Source: Lama guanicoe
Taxonomy: Eukaryota
NCBI GenBank assembly: GCA_013239625.1
Contig: MU054220.1
Location: 7,599,367 to 7,663,366 of the forward strand
DNA: 64,000 bases
Reading direction: 5' to 3'
The position numbers were made by a program, and so were the translations under genes. The notes beneath the pieces are model-generated. The model was given only the letters and a program-made list of their open reading frames with translations, had not been told where the DNA came from and did no database searches. Position 1 is the stretch's first letter; the number at the start of each line of letters is the position of its first letter. Of this stretch, positions 1 through 12,508 are shown one piece after another.

Positions 1-48
1 AGTATTTTGAGGAGGTAGAATCTTATAATACTGTGTCTAAATCCATGG

Positions 49-54
49 AATAAA
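49..54 (+). terminator. Possible poly(A) signal AATAAA of an upstream + strand gene
   Basis: AATAAA in unique, 3'UTR-like sequence at the window start; no upstream context is visible. Confidence 0.2.
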
Positions 55-1386
55 CAGTACTGGCAACTTTATGACCCCAGCTTAATCAAAGGCTTGACCC
101 TTCCTTCCATCGCCACTACTAAAGGACCCTTGGTGTCTGTGACTGTGATTTAAACATTTACAAAAGAAAAAAAAATGGGATTTAGTCCTAAGTAAATTTA
201 AGGAGATAGGAATTTCAGGCTCCACATCCTACCCTAGTTTCTTCACAATGCTATAGGAATGTAGATAAAAATCTTGTAAGTTTTCTGTTTGGTTTCTTCA
301 TCAATGGGCCAACTCATTGTTCATACATGGAAGAAGACATGGAGATTCTTTTACTTCAAGTTTGTAAACATAGCAAAGTAACTGAAAAACTGGGGAAGAA
401 AAGATAGAGATAATTTGAGGCAATACAGGTTTAAATAGAAAAAATTGCCTCATCTCATAAATGCTTAAAATGTGTGGGCACATGACCTTCTGCTTTGAAT
501 ACAAAAAGAATGCATGTTTCTTGTGTATATATGTGTGTGTGTATAATATATATATATGTATGTATGTATACATCTTCCTGAGATGTTCTTATTTTAGCTT
601 AATGTCTTCAAATCTACTTAACCACTGTTTAAATGGGTTTTGCATGTACAGAATCTCTTACTAAGATTTATATTGGGCACTTAACAAAGGATTAAAGACC
701 AATGAATCCTCAGATAGCCACAGTACTACTTTTCTTAGTGTCTTTCCTAAAGAGGAACACAGATAAACAGGTATTTGTCTGAGTAATCTAAATGAAAAAC
801 ACAATTTTATTCTCCTTTTCCTCTAAGAAAATTCCAATATAAGCAGTTGGTGGGTTTTCCATTTCGGTAACTGTTCTGTAATGGAATTTTTAAAAGCTGA
901 AACAGAAATTTAGGCCTTTTTTTTTATAGCTCCCTTAGTGCTCAAGGTATCTGCTTATCAAAGTGGTTTTCAAAGTGATGAGTTAAATACTAGGGAAGAA
1001 GTGACTGGCGGAAACAAAGCTTTTAGCGTTGAGACAGAATGCAAAATTGTGAGCCTTGCTGGTGCCTGTGTATTAGCATAGAGCTGGGAGTTGAGGCTAC
1101 GTTTCAGAACCCTGGGCAAATCCTTTTACAATTCTGTGCATCGATTAATGGATTGGTGTGCTGAAGTTTTCAATGTTGTCTTAATTAATATTTGCACTGT
1201 ATTCTGGGGCCCTTGCGGGAACTTCTCTGCAGGAGTAAAAAGTCTGTTTTATGTGGGAGGAAAAAAGACAACGTTAAGTTAAAGGGAAAGGATTCTCTTG
1301 TTCTATCACACAGATTATCTTTTTCTCTGGAAGACAAAGTTTGAGTAAATGGCAGTGGGGAATAAGCACACTTTTTATTTCTTCAG

Positions 1387-1472
1387 AATAGTCCGGCATG
1401 TTGCCATACACATTACAACTGCACTGGAGGAGTTTGGAAAACCCAAAGACGATGCCAGAAAGAATCACAAAG
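1387..1472 (+). other. Candidate internal exon (86 nt), transcript unknown
   Basis: Acceptor ctttttatttcttcag| and donor AAG|GTGGGT around unique sequence. Two of three frames are open (IVRHVAIHITTALEEFGKPKDDARKNHK; NSPACCHTHYNCTGGVWKTQRRCQKESQ); neither is recognised. Confidence 0.3.
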
Positions 1473-2039
1473 GTGGGTAATGGCAGAAAAAAAAAAAAAA
1501 CTAAATAGATAAAGTATTAGAAGAAAATGAGAAAAAACAGATAAACATTTTGATAGTATTCAAATACATGTTGGCTATAAAATTCAGATGATGTGGGCAG
1601 GCTATGTTTAGCTTGGATGTTAGGCTTAGAGAGAAACTGAAGCTATCAGGTAGGCTCTGTGTTTGACTGTAACGGAGACCACAATACCAAAAAAACCAAA
1701 AAAAAAAAAAAAAAGAAAAAGAAAGAAAAGTGGGTTTAAACAATTATAGGTTTTATTTTTTGTGTTTTCTCACTCCCAGAAAAGTTCAGTACTTCTATGA
1801 TGGCTCAATAGAGACAGAGTTTCTTCCCATCTTTCTGTTGTAGAATCCTTTCTGTGTGCTTTTCCTATTGAAAGTCATCTTATGGCACAAAATACCTGCT
1901 GGACTGTAGTTACCTAGGCTGTATTTTAGGTCAAAAATAAGAAGAAAAAAGGAAAAGGCAAAAAAGTGTATTTCTGGAAATTCCACTTAATTTTTTTTTT
2001 GTTTATACTTAGCAGACTCCCCTTTTTCAAGTGAAGTAT

Positions 2040-2068
2040 GTGTGTGTGTGTGTGTGTTTGTGTGTGTG
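2040..2068. repeat. (TG)n microsatellite, interrupted
   Basis: Directly visible. Confidence 0.9.
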
Positions 2069-3586
2069 AGGACACCAGATATGTGACTTTCAGAGCAATA
2101 CTGACCTTAAATTGGTGTAAGTTAAAGTCCTTGAGGAAACACTGAGATGTCTTGAGATAACATGAAAGAATATATCCAACATGTAGAGGAATAAGGAAAA
2201 ATTGGAGCCTCTGGACCTCCTCTAATATCTCATGATTCGCTGATACTGTGTGTGAACTTCTTGCGGGACATACACGGTACATGTTCCCAAAGTTTCCAGT
2301 GAGCTCTTAGCCGTTGCCAGTCTCTTACTCATTTTTACACAGTAATGTGACTCTAGGGGTGAGAGAAGACTCTTGATCCAAAGAATCTCTATTTTTGCCA
2401 TTTCTTCTAGCCTTTCACCGTTAGCCACCATCAGAACCCAGATAATGTTCCCTGTTAGGTATCCATTCTTTTCAGTTTAAATGATCGTTGTAACTGCAGC
2501 TGCAGCTTCAGGGGCTACTGTGCAGGCACTGGGTTAAAAAGTGATGGCTAAAGATACATAAAAGGTGTTCCTTGAACTCAGAGTGATGGATAAAAATATG
2601 TTTACAGAAAAATAAAGTCAAAGGTTTTAAGCACTATACTTTTTTTTAAGCGCTATACTTTTTAAAAGCGTCAAGGATACAGAGGAATTATATCTGAGAT
2701 ACAGTTAGGAGCTCGAAAACCTAAGAATATTTTCCCTGTGAGAAGAAATACTTTAAGCAGTTAGTAGTTGTAACCAGTTTTGATAGCACCATAGAGCAGA
2801 TATTTTGGCGTTTCCAGCTTAGCTGAACTGAAAACACTGCCTGGAAATATTTATCATAGTTGGAAGGAATGGAGGGGCTCAGGCACAATGGATATAATTT
2901 TGGTGAACTAGGCTAGATCACAGATTTGACGACTGATGAAACTTGTATCAAGAATATCTGTTTTTGTTTTTGTTTTATTTTGTTTTCTGAAATGCCAATA
3001 AATGGTGACAGTACGTACACGGGAATGTCTAAAGTCGGGCTATGTAGGTCCCCACTGATTCCTACTACTAACTTACACAGAACCTCCAAATCTGGTGGTC
3101 TTGGAAGTACACACGGAATGGTGTATTTGGGAAAAGTGAGTATCATTGCCTTTTTATACTCCTAGCACCTGTAGCAAGTAATGACTTACACATCTGTTCA
3201 AAACAATGATTCTTGTGTTCAGCAACTCACGTCACCCCCAACCTTGAAATTGTTGTGTCAGCACACAGACTGTCCCTCCTTATCTCTGCCCACAGCAGGG
3301 CTTAGGTCTTAACATCTATTTCACACAGCTTACTGTGTAGGTAAAAGATGAAAGAAAAAAATGATTGGATGCATGAGAGAATTGGAGGAGGATGTCTTGA
3401 AGGTTTATAACCTTCTCCTAATCCTGACTCTGATACCAGGAACATAATTGTGCAATGAAGTAAAAAGACATTCTACATCCGATGTATGTGGAAGAAGCTG
3501 GCAAGATCACCATATGGAGTAAATATATTGAGACAAGTAGAAACCACACACTAAGTGGTAGGTTTTTCTTAAGTTTAAAAAAAAAA

Positions 3587-3885
3587 TTTTTTTTTAATGG
3601 AAGTGTAGTTGGTTTACAGTGTTGTGTTACTTTCTGATGTACAGCATAGTGATTCAGTTACATATACATATATTCTTTTTCATATTCTTTCTTCATTATT
3701 TAGGTTATTACAAGATATTGAATATAGTTCCCTGTGCCACACAGAAGGACCTTGTTGTTTATCTATTTTATATGTAGTAGTTTGTATCTGCTAATCCCAA
3801 ACTCCTAATTTATCTCCCTCCCCCACTTTCTCCTTTGGTAACTGTGCATTTGTTTTCTGTGTCTGTGAATCTCTTTGTTTTGTAA
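3587..3885 (-). mobile_element. LINE-1 3' end (cetartiodactyl-type), 5'-truncated
   Basis: T-run followed by typical L1 3'UTR antisense text (gtacagcatagtgattcagtta...ttacaagatattgaatatagttccctgtgc). Confidence 0.85.
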
Positions 3886-4524
3886 GAAGCAGTTTTTCAA
3901 ATAAGTATATAATAAGTATTTATATTTAACCCTAACCTTTAAACCTTATATTGTTTCAGAAGAATCAAATGTGTCTTGTATAATTAAACTAATATAAAAT
4001 TATACATAAGAAAGTTTAGAGGTGATCAAAGAAAAGTAGTGAGAATAACTTATTCCACACACCCTAGATAAGATAGTAGTGATGTCTGTTTTTTTGGCTC
4101 AAAATGAAAATAGGTTTTATTTTTTGTTGTTATTGTTAAAGCAGTGGTACTTATTAAAATTTCAGGAAATAAAGAAAAAGCTCTAAAGAAGAAAGCGAGA
4201 ATTAACCAAAATAGTAATGGCTAAAAGATTATTAAGTATTAGAAAATATTAAAATGATTATTCATGTTTTATTTTATTTCCTAACACACTTTTCTAAACA
4301 CACACATGTACACACAGCATGTTATTTTTTACTCAGTGCTATGTTGTAAATATAGCTTCATGTCAATAAATAAATATAGTTACAGGTTTTAACTTTAATT
4401 ACTGCATTCTAGCTCTTTGTGTAAATGTATTATATACCTATATATCTAATCCTCAACTTTCATAATTTAAATTGTTCTTAATTATTAAATTTTAAATCAA
4501 ACTCAGTATATATCCTAGGGTAGC

Positions 4525-5250
4525 CACATAGTCAGTGATTAATTGCAGAAATGAGAAAGCTCTGAGCTTTTATCAAAATTGTTGGCCTGGCTGGAAGAGT
4601 GAGTTCTAGACTGCGCTTGCAGGAAAGATTTCCAGAACAATTCCATGAACAGGGTCACCAGGAAAACGGCCATTTTTCCCACAGTTTGGAAGGCTGGCCA
4701 TCAGGAAGCAGTCTTTGGAACTCTTTTAACTCCAAGAGGACAATGCCTTGTGATCTACGGATCATGAAACTTTTGACCCAAGGAATGGGACAAAAGCAAT
4801 CATCTCCAGAATCAGAAAGCTGCAGCTACCATCTCAACCTCTGGTCCCAGGATGATTCTCTGGGCTGGGATCCAGGTATCAGGAAGCTCTGGCACAGGGT
4901 ACGTGGACTCAGAGCTTTGCCACACTGTAAGGATTGCACTGGCAAAGTGGACATCGTGGAACTTGACACCCATGAAGCTAGTGATGGATCCTTGGCCGCT
5001 GCCATGAGAAATCCCATGCTCCCACGGTGTATTTGCCAGTGGAACATGGAAAGAACAGCTAAGTAGCCTATACAGGAATCCTGTCCGCCAGACTTCATGG
5101 GAGTGTGCCCGAGTGAATGAACCTAAGACACACCAGGAACCCCAGCTTCCAGTGAATTTGTCAAATGTGTTCGAGCTTTCGCGATTCTTCTGTAAAGGAA
5201 GATCCAGGAAAAGTGTGGAATGGAGGCTGAGGGTCAATCCGTTCTATTAC
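4525..5250 (-). mobile_element. Old ERVL-class solo LTR (LTR33/LTR50-like)
   Basis: The reverse complement resembles the LTR33-group motifs gaaagct..acattt..gctggggttcctggtgtg..ttaggttc and ctcttccagcc..acaattttg..ctgcaa..ctgact. Explains the spurious ORFs at 4599-5237. Confidence 0.6.
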
Positions 5251-5289
5251 TAAAATGACCTGGTTGTGAAAACTTTCTCTGGAGATAGG

Positions 5290-5470
5290 CGGCCTGATTT
5301 CAAAGTCACAACTATTGTGACATTGAGCAAGTCATTTAACTTCTATTATCCTGAGATTCCTCAGCTTTCAAATCAGGATAATAATACATAAAAATCATTC
5401 ATAAGGTTTTATGATAATTAAGTTAGATGATTATATATGATAAACTCAAAAATGTTAGCCATTGTTATCA
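5290..5470 (+). mobile_element. MIR SINE
   Basis: MIR core: tgtgacattgagcaagtcatttaacttct..ttcctcagctttcaaatcaggataataata. Confidence 0.75.
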
Positions 5471-5920
5471 TTTTATGGATATCTTTGCAAACTTGTCTAT
5501 TCCTTTAGGATAAATTTCTATAAGTGGAATTTTATGACTAATGGACATGCACGTTTATGTGTTATAGTAAGACATAAAGTACAAAAAGTGGCCAGAGTTA
5601 TATTGCTGCCAGCAAATTGTGAGGGTGACCATTTCCCTACAACATTTACGACCGAGTGCTAGCAATATAATCTTAGCTATGTGAGAGAAGCCATCATGTT
5701 TTTGTTTAAATTTGCAACATTTAATTAATGAGGGCAATCAAATTTTAGGAACTAAATTAATTAGTCGTATTTCTGCCAGACACAGTTTATTCCTTTTGCT
5801 AACTTTCTGTTGAGGTGTTTACACAATTTACGTTATTGAGATAATAAATTTACTGTTGATATATAAGTACTCATTATAAAACAAGTGTTTTAACCTTTTG
5901 TCATATATATTACAAACATT

Positions 5921-6903
5921 TTATTTTTTCCCAACTTTATTGATGTATGATTGAAAAATAAATTTAAATGTATTTAAAGTGAAAAACATGATGATTTCAT
6001 ATATGTATATATTGTGATATGATTACAGCAATCTAGTTAACACATTCTTCACCTCACAGTTACCCTTTTTGTGTGTGTGTGGTGAGAATGCATAAGAGCT
6101 ACTCTATTTAGCAAATTTTGATTATGCAATATAGTATTATTAACTATAGTCACCATGCTGTACATCAGATCACCAAAACTGATTTATTTTATAAATAAAA
6201 GTTTGAGCCTTTTCACCGATATCTGCCCATTTTTGCTACCCATCAGCCCCTGGCAACCATGTCTCTACTCTCTATTTCTGAGTTTTAATTTTGTAATTCC
6301 ATATATAACTGAGATCATAAAGTATTTGTCTTTCTATTCAGCTTATTTCACTTAGCATAATGTTCTCCTGGTTCATCAATGTCAAAAATAGCAGGATTTA
6401 CTATTTCTTCTCATAACTAATATTTCATTGTATGTATGTATATGTATATGTGTGTGTGTATATTTACATATATATATATATTTACACATATATACCATAT
6501 TTTTTTAACCCATTCATCTGTTGATGGACACTTAGGTTGTTTCCACATCTTGGCTGTTGTAAATAATGCTGCAAAGACATGAAGAGCACAGGTATCTCTT
6601 TGAGACGCTGATTTTTGTTTCCTTTGGATATAGTGGGATGGCTGGATCATATGGTAGCGCTATTTTTAATTTTTGAGGAAACTCCATGCTGTTTTTCATA
6701 GAGACTGCACCAACTTACATCCTCACCAATAGTGCACGAGAGTTCTCTTTTCCACATCCTGTCCAACACCTGTTATTTTTTGTCTTTTTGATGATAACCA
6801 TTCTGACAGGTGTGAGGTGATATTTCACTGTGGTTTTAATTTGCACTTCCCTGATAATGGGTGATGTCAAGCACCTATTCATAGCTGATGGCTGTTTGTA
6901 TAC
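5921..6903 (-). mobile_element. LINE-1 (L1MA-like) 3' UTR plus ORF2 C-terminal remnant
   Basis: L1 3'UTR antisense text; ORF 6417..6650 contains the ORF2-like motif FAALFTTAKMWKQPKCPSTDEWVKKIWY. Confidence 0.9.
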
Positions 6904-9900
6904 TTAATCATAAATCATATAAATATATTATGGTACTAACATAATACATTATTAAGTATATTCAAAATAAAAAATAAAACTTTTAAATTAGCACATATCT
7001 TCAATATTCCTCAAACGATGATAGACCTTGAACACCCTCAGAGCTTCCTGTTTTCCACTGGGGAGAGCTGCTCTCAACATCTTTTCTTTCCCTGCACTAT
7101 GGCTTTAAAGAAAGAGAAAGAAGGAATTATGTAAACATGTACTTTTCTTCCCCTCACATTACAAGGGGACTTTAGGTATATAACACTCATCAACAGCCTT
7201 GTATTCAATATCTGTGTTGAAAGAGTAAAGAAAGGGGCTAATTCTGATGATAAAATAGATGATACCTGCCCGGGCACAAAACAGACTGCCTAAACGATCC
7301 ACGCCAGTGCAGAGCTGATGCTGAGCAAGGTTCATCGGGCTCAGAATCACCGCCGCGTGGAGGCTGATTTGGAGTCTGTTGGTCGTAACACCACTGTGTT
7401 ACACTCAGCACTATTTAAATTTTAGGATTGGCAAAACGCAGTGCTTGGAGATGCTCCATCTTTGTCAGTGGCATCTCCAGCACAGCCCCACTGACAAACA
7501 GCCCAATAAACACTGCCAGGAGAATCATAAGCAAGATTCATAAGCAAGATCTTCTCCGCCAAAAAGGTAGCTTCCAAGAAATTTTGAAATTCTGTGTTTT
7601 TAGCTTTTTTTTTGTTGCAATGCTTCATTTTCCAGACAGCTACTATATTTAAGCTTGCAGAGTTTAAATAATTGGAGACTTTGAAAATAGAAACTAAATC
7701 AATAAAAGTTTGAAACATTCTACCTCTACAGTCTAAATTCTCATAGTAATTTTGATATTTAAAAAAAACTTTTTACTGTAGACATCGAGTTCATTTTCAA
7801 GTAATGTCCTATACGTACTTGAACTGTAAGTATAATCTCTTTAATCTAATTATAAAAATGTTCAATTAAATATTTGATGCAGGAGAGACCAAGAACAAGC
7901 TGTCTTTTGCAGCTTCAATTCTTCTTTCTCAACTTAATTTTAGTTCCCTTTCTCTCGCCAGTTATTCCAGAGCCCCTTCTTTCCTTCTTTCTTTTTTCCC
8001 CCCTCTTCTCCTGATTGATATTTAAATACATACTTAGGTATTTGGACAGAGGTAGGGTAAGAGATGGTGGTAAAATTAAAATCAGCAAAGGCTAATGTGT
8101 CAAAAGCTCTTAGAGAACCTTTAATCAAAATCTATTATTTTGTAAATATAAACATGAAATTGGAGAAAAGATATATTTTGCCTGTTTATGTGTATGCATG
8201 TGTGTGTTTTTTGCCTGAAGTGAGGTAAGTAGTCATCAGAGCTAGAACAAAATATTCTACATATTCAATTAAAAGGTCTTTCAAGTTTCGTATCTATACG
8301 TATTAGAAGAAATTGAGAAAGAGACATGAGATACTCTAAGGCCATATATAATCTTAGAATAACCTCTTACATTATATCTTATCTATTATCTATTTATCTA
8401 TATCTTGTATACTATATGTCCTATTTTATATTATATCTCACAGGGCTCACTCTTGTGGTAATAAGACTGCTTTTACTCCAAAGCATTCAATATATATTGA
8501 ATCTGTGAAAATAGTCTTATTTGATATTTCTGAATTTTTAACCTAATTACCAAAATATTAATATTAGAACCCTTGAACATTTACAACCCTGTCATACAAT
8601 ATCATTTAATTCTGACAATAAAATGGTAACTAACCAGAATAGTGGTCCCTATTTTAGAGATGAGGCAACTGAAGTGTGAAAGGCAAGCACAGGACTGGGA
8701 TCAGAGACAAAATACTAAAGATGAGAGCATCCCTGCTCAGAAGACCAGAACGTTGGTCCTTTTCTACAATATCACACACTAGCTAGAAATCTAACCTAAA
8801 TTAAAAAGCTTTTGCAAGGCCTTGCTTTTCCTTCCTGCTAAAGGAAACTTTATCCCTTACCTTGTGTTTCACTTTTTGTCTCTCTGAGGATTGAGCATCT
8901 GAGATGCTAATTTTCAGCTAATAAAACGATTCTTGCAATTCTTCATTAGCCTAAACCCTGCATTATGGAAAAAACTGGCATGCCACTTGTTTCCCAAGAC
9001 ATTTCAGAATAGCCTCTCACAGAGGAGTCAGCTTTATCACTTTATCACCCAGGAGGCTCTGGTGGAAATGTCCCATTGGTGAACCAAGTCCTGAGTTGTG
9101 GAATGCCATTAGATTCAAGACAAAAAAAAAACAAAAAAAAAAAACAAAAAAAACCCAAAACCTCATTCACATGTTATAAGGGAATCAGATGTCACAGCTA
9201 GTTGTTAAATCATGCTGAGCATTACAAATTTAGTAAGGCTGTTATTTGCTGCCCACTAAGACAGGTAATTAGGAACACTTTCATGAGTAATTTTGAAATG
9301 TGACAACTCATTTGATAATGTTCATCAGTGTATCTTTAGTCTTCGAAAATGGCAAAGAATCCCTTTGAAATACTCAGTGTTACCCTCTTCCGTAGGCTGA
9401 GGACATGGCTTAATTATCTATGACTTAAAATCATACCATGCTCAATCAAATTGATATTTGATGCACACAGTATTTCTGGTGATTGTTGGACTCTAAAAAC
9501 ACTAGACTAAATTCGAGTGTTTAATATGGAAACTGTTTTGCCTTTCCACCAAGTTTACTATTTATGCCACCTATGTCTTACCATTTTCTCTTCTTAGTGA
9601 CCTCTATGAACAAACTCTGGAGAATGCCATGGAAGACCTTCTATAACTATTTCAAACTGCTTTGCAGATTTACTCAGTCTTATCCCCAAAAACTCTATGC
9701 AATGTCAACTTTTGTGTCCAGCTCCCTTTTCTTCTTCAGATAACACATACTTCTTGAGATCTTCAAGACTCCACATCTCTCATTTTCTCTGTAAATCCAT
9801 CTCTGGTCCTTCTTCACCTCACTGTCTGCCACCATGCCCTGCCTTTCCTGGCAGTTGGCTGGTTTTGACCATAAGCTCCCAAAGCAGTAACATTTGTCTT

Positions 9901-9919
9901 AGAGTTATCAGGATATGCT

Positions 9920-10060
9920 ATGGTTTGCTGTTTTTCTGTTCATCCTCCGCACTAGAATGTGACATCCCTGTGGTCTGTGAATGCCTTAATAATCTTTGTT
10001 CCAGTGTCTAGCACCCTGCCGTGTACAGTTAATGTTTAATCCATGTTAACTTGAAGTAGC
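9920..10060 (+). mobile_element. L2 3' end
   Basis: cactagaatgtgacatccct..tccagtgtctagcaccctgcc resembles the L2 tail. Confidence 0.6.
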
Positions 10061-10130
10061 AGCAAAAATACTTCACCCTTTCAGCCACCCTGCCATGTAA
10101 GAATGATTATTCCTTTATTTGATTGCCATC

Positions 10131-10610
10131 ATTTGAAATGTATTGTGACTTGTTTAATGGCCTAACTTATAGTCTATCCTGTAGAATGTTCCATGGTTCT
10201 CATTTCCACTGAGAAACATGTGCATTCTGCTGTTGTTGGAATAGTCTATAAATGTCTGTTATGACTGGTTTGTTTATAATATTGTTCTAATCTTCTGCCT
10301 AGTTGTTCTATCCTTGATTGAAAGTGAGGCATTGAAGTTCAATGGTTATTGCAGAGCTGGCTATTTCTCAGATCAGTTCTGGTAGTTCTTGCTTTATGTA
10401 TTATGTCCTCTAACGATAAAGGAACAAAACCAGAAGTCAATAACAGAGGAAAAAATACTGTGAGAGGTAAAAATATGTGGAAATGAAACAGCACATTCAT
10501 AAATAATAAATGGCTAAGAACAAATCATGAAGGAAATTAGCAAATAATTTGAGAAAAATGAAAACATAAACATAACATACCAAAATTTATGGAATACAGC
10601 CAGAGGAAAT
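10131..10610. mobile_element. Old L1 ORF2 endonuclease-region fragment with internal inversion (minus 10131-10405, plus 10407-10610)
   Basis: The left part is antisense ORF2 EN text; the right part is the sense continuation (agaagtcaataacag..accaaaatttatggaatacagc). Confidence 0.7.
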
Positions 10611-11559
10611 CAGATAAAAATGTGTTAAAAAACAGTTTTTTAATGGATTCAATCAATTTTTCTGATGTGGAGAACTCTCTGTGTGTGTGTGTGTAAAATC
10701 AAGCAACACAACTGTACGTACAAGATGATTTCCTTGTAATTTTTTAAGGTATTGTTAAGTTATTGAGAAACTTAGAATGTAAAATAAATAAATGTGAAAG
10801 TAATAAAAATAATAAAAAATATTATTTCTACTTTAAATATAAGGAATAAAAATTTAGAGGGTTTAGATGAATAGCCCAAGTTCACATAGCTAGGAAGCGA
10901 TTTTCTTTGAATTCCTGTGGTCAACATCTCCCTGAAAGAAGACAGCCAAGGTATGGGGGCAGCAGAGACTACAAAGGAGTGGGGAATTAGTGGCAGTTTT
11001 TCTAGGACTCAAAGATTTCAGAATGAATATGTGGGGGAAAATCTGTTCTTCAGGCAAAGTTAATCTTAGAAGATAATCTATTTCAAGTTATGGCATTTTT
11101 GCCATTTTGCAGTGGTATTTTTGTAGAACATAAAAATGTCTATTTCAGTGCCATGTGAGCATAACTTTATATAGAATATGAAAGTATGGGGCGACGGAAG
11201 GAAATGCTTGCTGCTTTAGCACCACGGTGGCAATTCGCTCTGAAGACAAAGCCTGTCCTAGATTAAAGGTGAAAACAAAGCTCTGTGCAGTGAGGAGAAA
11301 ACACAGTGGCTGGTCTCCCCAGCTGGACCAGTCCACACAGGTAGTGCACCCACCACCTGATGTGACATTTATACCTGCCACCCACTGTTGGTGTTTCCCA
11401 CAGGCATCTCAGGAGAGCCGTAACTCCCTTCTTATCTGGGTTCATCGTACCCAGCACAGCTCTGAGAGGTTTAACCCCGACGAAGTGTTAATTGAAGGAA
11501 AGATGGGAGCAAATAACACATACAAAAGATTTCAACTTTCCACGCACGGTGAGAGCACA

Positions 11560-11745
11560 GCTCTCACGATGTGTGTCCTTCAGACATGGCTTTGAATCCT
11601 GCTATCTGCGTCACTATTGACTGTGAGCATATTACAGAATCCAAGTCACAGCCTCAGTGACTTATTCAGTAAAATGGGAGAATAATGTTTACCTCTGGAG
11701 GACTGAGTGAGAACCTGTAATACACTGATGCTCTCAGCACTCCGT
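11560..11745 (+). mobile_element. MIR SINE
   Basis: ggctttgaatcctgct..gcctcagtgacttattcagtaaaatgggagaataatg. Confidence 0.7.
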
Positions 11746-12508
11746 AAAGATCAGCCTCTCAGTTTAGTAGTAAATCTATGACTTGGACTCTCTTTGTTCA
11801 CTCAGCAGAAAGATGAGCCGGTAAACCAAACGGCCAGATACTCAAAACTAAGAACTTCTTTCTCCCTCCTTTTCTAGTTATACACGTTAGAATAGCCGTG
11901 TTCTCCCCTACGGTTCTGGTCATCAGGCATAATCACTGACTAGTAATAAACCCTGTTTCATTTTGTTTGGTTTCCTTCTTAATTTGTAATAGACTTCTCT
12001 GAAGATATTCTTAACTAAATGCTGGTTAACGACTGAAAACAGGCCTCTAGGAGTGCCTGCAGTACCAGCGTTACCACTGGTACCATCTAGGGTAGAAGAA
12101 ATGATAAAGAGACGCTGCACCATACGATTTGGGGCCCTTCCCTGACTTCAAACAGAAAAGTGCGAATTTTAAAATCTAGTTCACATTTTGGAGAGCCACG
12201 TCGTGTTTTATTTGACTACAGCGTTGTACTATTTTCAAGAGTTTAAAAGCCACCGCCTTGTAAATTTGGTTTTTCAATCTGCTTTTGCAGAGAGTTGAAG
12301 CTCACTGAGGAGCTGTGACGTCGAACAGGTTTCCCAGCATTTCAATGTAAAAGGCAAAAGAGACGGTTTTCTCCCAGCCCCTCCCCTTGCCCTTGCCAAG
12401 GGGCAGCCTAGACAGGTGTTGCCTAACTCCGTGAATACGTAAAGAAGAAACAACGGAAATAAAAGAAGAGAGACAAAAAGAGACAGAGAGAAAGCGAAAC
12501 GAAATCAC

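Noticed and set aside
4599..5237. Overlapping 155-, 141- and 90-aa ORFs
   Set aside because: They lie in an LTR33/LTR50-like solo LTR; no recognisable protein in any of the six frames.
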